Origin: Acutalibacteraceae bacterium
GTDB taxonomy: Bacteria > Bacillota > Clostridia > Oscillospirales > Acutalibacteraceae
Length of the DNA stretch: 64,000 bases
NCBI GenBank assembly: GCA_045628495.1
Contig: JAZQPL010000072.1
Coordinates: 41,118 to 105,117 of the forward strand
Direction of reading: 5' to 3'
This document shows positions 18,722-28,500 of the stretch, in pieces (position 1 is the first letter of the stretch; each line of letters opens with the position of its first letter). The position numbers and the translations under genes were made by a program. The notes beneath the pieces are model-generated. The model saw only the letters and a program-made list of their open reading frames with translations. It was not told the DNA's origin and made no database searches.

Positions 18722-20269
18722 ATGACAGTAACAGCATTTATTTCAGAGTTCTTAAATCAGTTTTTTGTACAAGGCCTGTTCGGGATTTTCAAAGGAATCG
18801 GCATGGGAATATTCAATATGTTCAATATCCCCAGATATATTGATATATTTAAGAACAATTCAGAAAACTTTACAGCAACAGACTGGATTCTCGCAATTCT
18901 TACAGTAATTGCCACAATAGCTATTCTTGCAGTAATTGTAATTCTTGTTGTTGTTCTTGTTAAAAAATATCTGAGAGTTCGCAAGACTCTTGTTGACCAG
19001 GAAGAACTTCTTAACGAAGTTGCAAACCTTAACAGAGAAATTATCAAGCTTTCATCTGAAAAAGAAAGAATTCTTGCAATGAAAGTTTCTCAGCTTGGCT
19101 TGAAGCCCGGTGAAAGCCCCTTCGTTGAACAGGAAGAAAAAGACGAAGAAGAGAAGAAAGACGACGAAGTAGATATGACTGCAGACGATTACAGCCGTTT
19201 CTACAAATGTACACAGGTTGACCTCGAAATCGGCGATTATGTTGCCCCCGAGTTTGATAACGAAATTACTCTTCCCGAAATTTGCGACAGATTCCGCAAT
19301 TTCGCCTGCTCTCAGTTAGGTCTTTTCTATGAGCCGAAGCTTATCAGACTTTTCCTTTCAGCATTTGCTACAACAAGACTTATTATTTTACAGGGTATTT
19401 CCGGTACAGGTAAAACATCACTTGCTTATGCATGGGGTAAATTCCTTCGTAATCCCGCAACAATCGCATCAGTTCAGCCTTCCTGGCGTGACCGTACTGA
19501 AATTTTCGGTTATTTCAACGAATTTACAAAGCGTGTTAATGAAACAGAAGTTCTCAAGAAAATGTATGAAGCTACATATAAAGAAGAAATATTCATTACT
19601 GTTCTTGACGAAATGAACATTGCCCGTGTTGAGTATTACTTTGCAGAGCTTCTTTCAATTCTTGAAATGCCTACAAGAGATGAATGGGTTGTATCACTTG
19701 TTCCCAGCGTTTGGCCTACAGACCCCAAGCATCTGTTTGACGGAAAGCTCAGACTTCCTGAAAATATGTGGTACATCGGCACAATCAATAACGACGACTC
19801 AACATTCGCCGTATCAGATAAGGTTTATGACCGAGCTATTCCGATAGATATTAACAGTAAAGGTAAATTCTTTGAAGCTCCCTATACAGAATGGCTTCCT
19901 CTCAGCTACAAGCATCTTGAAGAAATGTTCAGAGAATGCCAGGAAATTCATAAGGTTTCAGAAGAAAACCTTCGCAAGCTTGAAGAACTTGATGACTATG
20001 TTATTGAACACTTCCGTCTTGCTTTCGGTAACCGTATTGTTAAGCAGCTTAAAGAATTTGTTCCTGCATATGTTGGATGCGGCGGAACTGAAATTGACGG
20101 TATTGACTTTGTTCTTTGCCATAAGATTCTCCGTAAATTTGAAAGCTTGAATCTTTCATTTATCCGTGACGAAATTGACGGACTTATTACATATCTTAAC
20201 AAACATTTCGGTAAATCAAACATGATGGAATCAAAAGAGTATCTCTTAAGACTCCAGAAGCTTATGTAA
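18722..20269 (+). CDS. membrane-anchored McrB-like AAA+ NTPase
   Basis: Hydrophobic N-terminus with a TM at aa ~54-80 (nt 18881-18961), followed by KKYLRVRK and then a coiled-coil/acidic linker. Walker A is LQGISGTGKTS (nt 19394-19417). Walker B and sensor are ITVLDEMNIARVEYYFAELLSILE (nt 19601 onward). IGTINNDDSTFAVSDKVYDRA matches the McrB-family GT(M/V)N..D.S...D.A..RR pattern. Confidence 0.65.
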   Translation: MTVTAFISEFLNQFFVQGLFGIFKGIGMGIFNMFNIPRYIDIFKNNSENFTATDWILAILTVIATIAILAVIVILVVVLVKKYLRVRKTLVDQEELLNEVANLNREIIKLSSEKERILAMKVSQLGLKPGESPFVEQEEKDEEEKKDDEVDMTADDYSRFYKCTQVDLEIGDYVAPEFDNEITLPEICDRFRNFACSQLGLFYEPKLIRLFLSAFATTRLIILQGISGTGKTSLAYAWGKFLRNPATIASVQPSWRDRTEIFGYFNEFTKRVNETEVLKKMYEATYKEEIFITVLDEMNIARVEYYFAELLSILEMPTRDEWVVSLVPSVWPTDPKHLFDGKLRLPENMWYIGTINNDDSTFAVSDKVYDRAIPIDINSKGKFFEAPYTEWLPLSYKHLEEMFRECQEIHKVSEENLRKLEELDDYVIEHFRLAFGNRIVKQLKEFVPAYVGCGGTEIDGIDFVLCHKILRKFESLNLSFIRDEIDGLITYLNKHFGKSNMMESKEYLLRLQKLM

Positions 20270-20311
20270 TTAGCTTTACTATCCCGATAAATCAATGCAA
20301 AGGGGCATAAG

Positions 20312-22471
20312 GTGCAGATGGATAAATCATATCTTGAATTATTTTTAGAATATAAAAACAGCATGGATGCTCTCACAACTGATAATCAGTTCTATGATAA
20401 TATGACTGATATCGTTGAAAGAGGTAAGTCAAATTATTCTTTGTTTAATCGCTATTTTGAGAAGAAAATTGACTTAACATGGGTTGAGGAAATCGAAGCG
20501 TGCATTATTCCGTTAGATAATATCATCCGTGTTCCCCGTAAATTTATTATTCAGGAAGAAGAAATTGTTCCTATTGAAAGAGCAAAGAAAATTACTGCTG
20601 AGTCAGTTCGCCATCTTGCACAGCATACAAATATGATTGCAAAAGTTGAGGGTGACGATGTTACACCCAACGAAATTCTTAATGTTTTCAGAGAAGAAAG
20701 CTTTGAGGTTTATGAAAATCGTTTTGTATTTACACTTATGCAAAACCTTATCAGATTTATTGATGTAAGATATAATGTTCTATTCAGTCTTTCAGATGAT
20801 GAAAATATGGCATCACTGAAAATGGAAAACGAAACATACCGTGGAAATGAAAAAATAACATATAAACTTGAAATTTCCGCTCAGTCAGGCGGTAATGATT
20901 TGGAGGATACCGCAAATATTGACGGTGAAAACGCATCTGCATTCCAGAGAATTGAGCGTATTAAAAAGATTATTAACGAATATGCTCATTCAGGATTTAT
21001 GAAAGAACTTCAAGGCTGCGTTCCCGTTCGTCCTCCGATTATGAGAACAAACGCTATCCAAAAAAATCCGAATTTCAGAGCATGTCTTAAACTGTGGCAG
21101 TTTATTCAGTCATACAGAGATGTCGGTTATGAAATTATCGCAAAAGAATCAAATGAAATGGTCAGCGATGAGTATAAAACAGAGCTTAACCGTATCATTG
21201 CCACAAACTATATGCTTCTTAAAAATAATTCAATATCGGAAGACTCATTGGGCAAGCGTGCTAAGATGAGAAAGCTTAAACCGAAGCTTCTTAAAAGACT
21301 CGCTGAAGAGCTTGTTTTGGATTATGATATGGAAGAGGTTGAGATTAAGCGCATTTTCGTCGATGAAGTTAAAAGAGTTTCCAAGCGTAAACTTGAAGGC
21401 GAAAAGAGAATTAAAGATGCTATTGACAGAGCTATTGCATCTGAAAACGCAAGAAAGAAAGCTATTGAAGATAAAATTAAAGCAAAAATTGCTCATGAAA
21501 AAGAGATGGAACGCCGTCGCATAGAGCGTGAAAAAGCAAGAATCGCAAGAGAGAAAGCTGCTGAGAAAGCTCGCAAAGAGAAAGAAAGAGCAAGACTCAA
21601 AGCTAAGAAAGAAAGAGAACTTGCACTTGCGAAAGAAAAAGCACGCAAAGAAAAAGAAAAGGCACGCCTTGCGAAGGAGAAAGCAGCAAAGCTTGCACAG
21701 ATTGCAAAAGAAAAAGAACAGGCAAGAATTGCTAAAGAAAAAGCCCGCAAAGAAAAAGAGCTGGCTCTCAAGCTTGAAAAAGAACGCAAAGCTAAAGAAA
21801 GAATTCGACTTGCCAAAGAAAAAGCTGCTCAGCTTGAAAGAGAACGCAGGGAAAAGGAAAAAGAAAAAGCCCGCCTTGCCAAAGAGAAAGCTGCTCAGCT
21901 TGAAAGAGAACGCAAGGAAAAGGAAAAAGAAAAAGCCCGCCTTGCCAAAGAGAAAGAAAGAGAGCGTCTTGCAGCTCAGAAAGCAGCTCAGCTTGAAAAA
22001 GAAAAGGCTGCAAGAGAAAGAGCGAAAGAAAAAGAACGCCTTGCTAAAGAGAAAGCTGCGCTTGCAGAAAAAGAAAGAGCTGCTAAAGCTAAGGCAAAAG
22101 AGAAAGAAAGAATTGCCGCTGAAAAAGCAAAACAGCTTGAAAGAGAAAAAATTGCAAAAGAAAAGGCAAGAGAAAAAGAACGCCTTGCTAAGGAAAAAGC
22201 CGCTCTTGCAGAAAAAGAGCGCATAGCTAAGGCAAAGGAAAAGGAAAAAGAAAGAATTGCCAGAGAAAAAGCAAAGCAGATTGAAAAAAATCGAATTGCT
22301 AAAGAAAAAGCAAAGGAAAAAGAACGCCTTGCTAAAGAAAGAGAAAAACAGCGTGAAAAAGAACGCATAGAAAAAGCAAAACAGCGTGAAAAAGATAAAA
22401 TAGCAAGAGAAAAAGCTGCTAAGGCAGCAAAAGCAAATGCTAAGAAATCAAATTCAGCAGAAGAACAGTAA
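20312..22471 (+). CDS. McrC-like N-terminal domain protein lacking a nuclease domain, fused to a long E/K/R-rich helical repeat region
   Basis: The first ~340 aa are globular. The helix FREESFEVYENRFVFTLMQNLIRFI resembles the conserved ..(D/E)T.(E/A)NR(F/I)(I/V)K..L motif I recall from McrC/DUF2357 N-domains. I see no PD-(D/E)xK motif. From aa ~355 to ~710 the sequence is almost only E, K, R and A with some L, I and Q. GTG start is preceded by AAAGGGG. Confidence 0.5.
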   Translation: MQMDKSYLELFLEYKNSMDALTTDNQFYDNMTDIVERGKSNYSLFNRYFEKKIDLTWVEEIEACIIPLDNIIRVPRKFIIQEEEIVPIERAKKITAESVRHLAQHTNMIAKVEGDDVTPNEILNVFREESFEVYENRFVFTLMQNLIRFIDVRYNVLFSLSDDENMASLKMENETYRGNEKITYKLEISAQSGGNDLEDTANIDGENASAFQRIERIKKIINEYAHSGFMKELQGCVPVRPPIMRTNAIQKNPNFRACLKLWQFIQSYRDVGYEIIAKESNEMVSDEYKTELNRIIATNYMLLKNNSISEDSLGKRAKMRKLKPKLLKRLAEELVLDYDMEEVEIKRIFVDEVKRVSKRKLEGEKRIKDAIDRAIASENARKKAIEDKIKAKIAHEKEMERRRIEREKARIAREKAAEKARKEKERARLKAKKERELALAKEKARKEKEKARLAKEKAAKLAQIAKEKEQARIAKEKARKEKELALKLEKERKAKERIRLAKEKAAQLERERREKEKEKARLAKEKAAQLERERKEKEKEKARLAKEKERERLAAQKAAQLEKEKAARERAKEKERLAKEKAALAEKERAAKAKAKEKERIAAEKAKQLEREKIAKEKAREKERLAKEKAALAEKERIAKAKEKEKERIAREKAKQIEKNRIAKEKAKEKERLAKEREKQREKERIEKAKQREKDKIAREKAAKAAKANAKKSNSAEEQ
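21374..22441 (+). repeat. purine-rich coding tandem-repeat tract (E/K/R/A repeats)
   Basis: A 66-bp unit at 21824-21889 is repeated at 21890-21955 with one mismatch (cagg/caag). A ~48-aa unit (AKEKERLAKEKAALAEKER.AKAK.KEKERIA.EKAKQ.E...IAKEK) recurs downstream. Low complexity creates spurious ORFs in other frames and on the opposite strand. Confidence 0.85.
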
Positions 22472-22480
22472 TTATTTAAT

Positions 22481-22510
22481 TTTATACTTGATGCAGCAGT
22501 GAAGTATAAA
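22481..22510 (+). promoter_or_regulatory. perfect 9-bp inverted repeat between the McrC-like gene and the giant gene
   Basis: TTTATACTT-gatgcagcagtg-AAGTATAAA. It uses the same AAGTATA/TATACTT half-site as the elements at 16665 and 17846, in the opposite arrangement. It ends 30 nt before ATG 22540. Confidence 0.35.
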
Positions 22511-22539
22511 AGATTTGAACCGGCGTGGAGGTTATTAAG

Positions 22540-25500
22540 ATGAAGAAAAGATTTATTGAAAGGGTACTGGTATTGATGTTATCAATGGCAGTATTGTTAT
22601 CGTCAACAGGGGCATACTCTGCATTTGCAGTATCTAAAAACGGTTTTATGTCCTTTTCTGCAATTAAATCTTCATCATCTGCTGCAAAAAATGAGCAGGA
22701 GACCACGACTCCTGAGTCTGATTCTGTTGAACCTAATCTTGTAAGCGACGGCGGAACAGTTGAGGCTGTTAAGCTTAACGGAAAAGGTACTGCTGAAAAT
22801 CCTTATATTGTTTCAAATGCAGATGAATTATTTGCAATGCAGAGTGTTGCAAATGATTCAACCTCAGGCGATAAGTATTTTGTTCTTACTAAAGATATAG
22901 ATTTATCCGGTGTCAGCTATTCTGAAATGAATGACAATTCTGTTCTTCCGGGAACAATAGTTTCAGTTGATAAAGCAGTGTGCAATGCTGCTCCTGATGA
23001 AGCTAAATTTATACTTGAAGGCAACAATCATAAGATTTTCGGACTTAATATTACAAATAACGGTTCCTCGGCGGTGGGTATTTTCGGTTATATCAGCCCT
23101 AAATCAGTTATTAAAAATGTTGTATTCGAAGATATCAGTGTAAATGTTTCATACAGCGGTTCTGTTTCTTCATCAGTTATTGCCGTATGCAACAACGGTG
23201 AAATCAGCGGATGCACTGTTAAAAATGTTGCATTGAATATCAGCGCTTCAGCTAACGGCGGCGTTAGTTCCAAGACTGTAGGCAAGCTTAAAATTAAAAA
23301 TTCAACAGGACTTATCGGCAGAAATAACGGTAAAATCTGTGATATGGATATCAGCAAAGTAACTGTTGATATCAGTGCAGGCAAGGATACTATTGCTGTT
23401 GTTTCCGGTATGAATTCCGGTACAATATCAAATATTACAGTAAATAAATCATCTGTTAAGGCTGTTAAATCAGACAATATCGGCGGCGTTGCCGGTAAAA
23501 ACAGCGGTAAAATAGAGTCTGCAACAGTTAACGGAATAAAAATTAAGGTTGACAAAAAGGCAGTTTGCGGCGGTATTGTCGGTGAAAACTCGGGAATAAT
23601 TGATTCTTGTGTTGTTTCCGGCTCCGTTACCGGTTCATCATATTCAGGCGGAATAGCAGGTTATGCCGTTTCGGAAAGCAAGTCAACTGTAAAGAATTGC
23701 TATTCACTTGCAGGTGTTTCAGCTAATAATGAAACAGGTGCAGTTATAGCCGCAGGTAAATCAGTTACAAGCGGTAATGTCTGGTCATCGGATATCAGCG
23801 GTAGAATCATGGCTTATGAAAACGGTTCTGTTGACGGAAAGTTTAACCGTGAAAACAAGCTGATTGTTGTACGCAACGGCCAGAGTGAGATTTTAAGCAA
23901 AGCATCACTTTCAGGAAGCTTTGCAGGTTTAACATATTCTCTTGACACATCAAAGGATATAGCTTTTGACGGCGAAGGAATTACATTCAGTGAAGATGAA
24001 AACAGTATTGTGATTACCGCAGATTCCGCAGACAAAACCGGAAAAATAACATATACATCAAAAGTTTCAGTTCAGGCAGGATGTAACGGATTATCTGAAA
24101 TTGATGTTAAGTTTAATACAGTAGTGCTCACTGTTCCGGAAGGAACTGCAGGCGATGGACTTACAGAAGCATCAGCTCTTGAAATTAAAAACAGTGCAGA
24201 ACTTTCAATGATTAAGTCTGCTCCTTTTGCAAATTATATTCTTTCAAAAGATGTTACAATGTCTGAGTCCTGGGATTCCTCAATTTCATTTACAGGAACA
24301 TTGAACGGCAACGGTAACACAATCAAGGCAAGAAAAAATCTGTTTAAGTTTACTAACGGCAAAGTTTATAACCTTAATGTTGTTCTTTGCGCATCAATAA
24401 AAACTGCTGTGTTCGGCAATGCATATAATGCAAAGTTCTCAAAAGTAAAACTTTCTGCACAAAAGAGTGAAGATGGTTTTATCGGTCTTAAAACTGATAA
24501 GAGTAACACAGCAACATTTATAAATACTGCAAGAGGAAATATAACAATCAGCAACTGCTTTACAAGCGTGCCCGTAAATGTAAACGGCTCAGGACTTAAA
24601 AATATTGCAGGCTTTATTGCTGTGCTTGATACTGATAATGCAGTAATATCATCCAGCGGTTCTCTTACATCAATTACTGTTAAAGACGGTTGTAAGATTT
24701 CATCAAGTGCCGCATTTATCGCATCTGCCGACGGAAATAAGAATGGCAAAATCAATGATTGCTATGCAACACTCTATTCCGATGATGTTAAAAATATTCT
24801 TATTGCATCGGGAGACAGCAGTATTAAAATGACTGATTCAGTTTTCAGTTCATCATCATCAAAAGCTGTTGCCGCTCCGAAAAAATTTGTTAATATAGAA
24901 GGCAAAAAGTGGGCGTTTGAATCAGGCGAATTCGGCTTTGTTTCTGCAGAGGGAAGCGTTGTTTCAATAGCAATCCCCGTTAATGTAATAAAGGGCGCAA
25001 GTGCGGATGATTTCAAAGTAATGTTTGATTCGGAAGTGCTTAAGGTGAATTCCGAAAAGCTGACAGTTAAAGACAATGTTCTTAATATTCCCGTTGAGGC
25101 GGCAAAGCCCGGAGTTACAATTAAGAACAGTGCACTTGTTGTTACACATAAGGGAACGGGTCTCAGAGCAGAAATAAGTCTTTCAAACGGACTTGAAAAA
25201 GATAAAGACGGTAACTATATAATTAACTGCGGAGCAGATTTCCTGTTTATTAACAATGACTTTGACAATTTCTGTGATAAAAGCTTTATCCTTTCCGGAA
25301 ATATTGATATGTCAGGCATTGATTTTTCAACAATCGGCGGCGCTTCCGGTAAATTTACCGGAAAGCTGGACGGTAACGGATATACCGTTAAAGGTCTTAA
25401 AATCAACGGAACTGCTAAAGCAGGATTATTCGGAACTGTTGACGGTGCAAAAATAGTTAATATTTACTTTGAAGATGCGGTTGTTAATGCATCAAATGAT

Positions 25501-28500
25501 TACGCAGGTGTGCTTGCCGCTCAGATTACGGGAAATACAACAATTAAAGCGGTAAACTTCAAAAACTGCAGTGTAATCAGCACCGGTAATTATGCAGGTA
25601 TTGCAGCCGGCGAAACAGACGGCATAAAACTTTACGGAATTTCAGTGGAAAATTCATCTGTTAAGGCTCTTAATTATGCCGGATTTGTTGTAGGAAAAGC
25701 TGAAAATTCAGAAATTAAAAACATAAGTGCCAAAAATGTTAAAGCATCCGGCGAAAACAATATCGGACTTTTCGGCTGCACGGAAAATTCAAAGCTTGAA
25801 AAAATAGCTGTTAACAACGGCATTGTATCAGGCGGTAAATTTGTCGGAGGAATTTCAGGCTCGGCAGAAGAATCAGAAATATCAAATGTTAAAGTAAACG
25901 GTACAACGGTCAGCGCGGCTGCGGATGTTATGGCTTCTGCTCCTGTTGCAGGCGGTGTATGCGGTTTCTTAAGCGGAAAGCTCAACGGAGCAGTTGTTAA
26001 GTCACTTGAAGTGAAATCATCCGGCAGTTCTGCTGTTGCCGGCGGTGTTGCAGGTATAACAGAAAATGCCGAAATCAGCAACGCTGAGGTATATGGTGAT
26101 GTTAAAGTTTCAGCTTATGTTGTCGGCGGTATAATCGGCGAAGCTGAAAATAATACATCAGTTTATAATTCAAAATCACTTGCAGCTGTTTGTGGAAGCG
26201 ATACACAGTTAAGAGTTGTAACAGGCGCAGGCGGAGTTATCGGCCGTGTAAAGGCAGACGATTTTGCAACAGTTAAAATCAGCAAGGTTAATGTTTCTGG
26301 TAAAATTACCGCTGTTGATTCTGTGGGCGGAATTATCGGTTCGGTTATTTCCGAAAAAGCAGACGGTGTAAGCGTTAAAGATTGTGTATGTGCCGCAGAG
26401 ATAGTTGTTACATCAGATAACGGAATGAAAATATCCGGCTGCATAATAGGCAATGTAACAGAGCTTAAATCAGATGCTCTGGAAAAATCAGTTGAAGGTA
26501 TCGTATATTCTTCATACGGTTCAGGCCTTAATGCAATCGGCACAGCAGATGTTAAATCAGGATATTACGATGCTGATAAAGCTGTTAAAGCTGTGGTACC
26601 TGATTTAATTAAAACAAGAGCGGAAAATAAAATATCTGTTTCAACAGGAGATATTAAAAAATACGGTTTTGTATTTGACAGTGATAAAGGTTGGCAGTCT
26701 GAATCGGCAAAGAGAATCGTTGTTGTTGATTCTTCAGAGAATCAGGTTAAAATCAAGGCAGTAAGATCAGGCAATGTCGGAATAGCTGCGGAGTACAAAC
26801 TTTCTGCCGATAAAGATATAGTAATTAAGGTTCACTTTAATGTTAAATCTGAAATAGCAACAACTCTCAAAGGCGAAGGAACAAAATCAAATCCTTATGT
26901 AATCAATAATGCTTTTGATTTGGAAAATGTATCATATTATTCAGGCGAGAACAGTTGCTTTGTTTTGAATAACGATATTAAGTTCAGCGCAGATGCCTTT
27001 AAGTTCAGCGGAGATTTTTATAACGAAGGATGCGGATTTACTCCCATTGGTTCGAAAGAAAATCCGTTTAACGGAAAGTTTGACGGTAACGGTCATAAAA
27101 TAAGCGGACTGTGTGTTAACAGTGAAGACGGTGCGCTTTTCGGATATGCTTCGGATGCTGAAATTAAAAATGTTACTGTTGAAAAAGCAACAATAACAGG
27201 AAACAATTCTGCGGCGGCAGTAGTTGCCCGTCTTGTGGATTCTGAAATCACCAATGTATTTGTTACAGGATGCAATGTTGTTGCAACTGATGTTGAAGGA
27301 AGTGCTTCTGCGGTTGTTGCTTATGCAAAAAACAGTAAAATTGAAAATGTTAATGTAGAATCTGCAGAAATTACAGCTTGTCCTGCTGAATTTAAGGAAA
27401 AAAATGCAAGCGCAGGTGCAGTTTGTGCAAGAGTAACTGATGTTACTGTAAATAAAGTTACAGTTAACGGCGCAGATGTTGTTTCGAACGGTTTTGCAGG
27501 CGGATTTATAGGATATTGCGATAATGCGATTATCAGCAATTCAAAAACAGTTGCTGAAATCAAGGGCAATATTGCAGGCGCAGTTTCAGCGGATACTGCA
27601 GGAAAGCTTACAGCAGAAAATATTGTTGCAGGCGGAACGGTTTACGGTCATGAACTTGCGGCAGGTCTTTCAGCAAAATCTGATGCTCCTGTTGTATGTA
27701 AAAATGTAATTATCTCCGCTAAAGTAAAAGGTGAAGGCGTTTCCGCTGTTGTTACGGCGAAGGCAGATGAATCAATATTTACTGATTCTGCCGATAGTGA
27801 AGTTGTTCTTGAAAACATTGTTTATTCAAGTTATCAGAATAACCTCAAACCTTTCGGAGATAAAAAAATAAATATGTTCCAGAGCGCTGATTATGTCGGA
27901 AATGTTTACGATGCGAATGTTGCAGAAGTAAAAGAGGGCAATAGCCTTGTAATCGGAAAAGACAAGACAGATGTTTTCGGTTCAATTAAATCCGAATTCG
28001 ATTTCAGCAAGTTTGTTTGTGAAAATATTTACAGTGTTCCCGAAGGACTTGTGAAATATAATAAAGCAGATAATACGGTTACTGCAGCGGGCACAAATGT
28101 TGACGGCGCTCAGCTTGTTATCAGATTTGATAACGGCATTGAAATAGCAGTACCTATGGTAAGCGTTGTCGGACTTACAGGCAACGGTTCTGATGTTTCC
28201 CCGTTTGTTGTTAATTCTGAAGACACACTTAAACTTCTCAAGGTATATCCTGAATCAAACTTTAAGATGTCAGGTGATGTTGAACTTAAAAATGTCTGGA
28301 CTCCGGTTGAAAACTTCAGCGGAAAATTTGACGGAAACGGATACACAATATCAGGCCTTAATATTAAAGCGGACAATGCAGGTTTATTTAATACTGTTTC
28401 AGGAAAAGCGGTTATTAAGAATATATCCTTTACAGACGCAGTTATTGAAGGTAAAGCTTCAGCAGGTGTTCTTGCGGCAAATGTTTCGGAAGATGCGCAG

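Noticed and set aside
21245-22368. Six alternative-frame and antisense ORFs (e.g. 21528-2226 frame with a K-rich 232-aa product, 21493-21816, 21988-22368) in the E/K repeat tract
   Set aside because: They are artefacts of purine-rich low-complexity DNA, in which any frame stays open. Only the frame continuous with the globular N-domain (20312-22471) has a start with an RBS and a coherent architecture.
18722-22471. Interpretation as a conventional McrBC type-IV restriction system or defence island
   Set aside because: I rejected it as a conventional system. The McrB-like protein has a TM anchor instead of a DNA-binding N-domain, the McrC-like protein has no PD-(D/E)xK nuclease, and no other defence or mobility genes flank the pair. 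A non-canonical defence role is still listed as an alternative in the findings.
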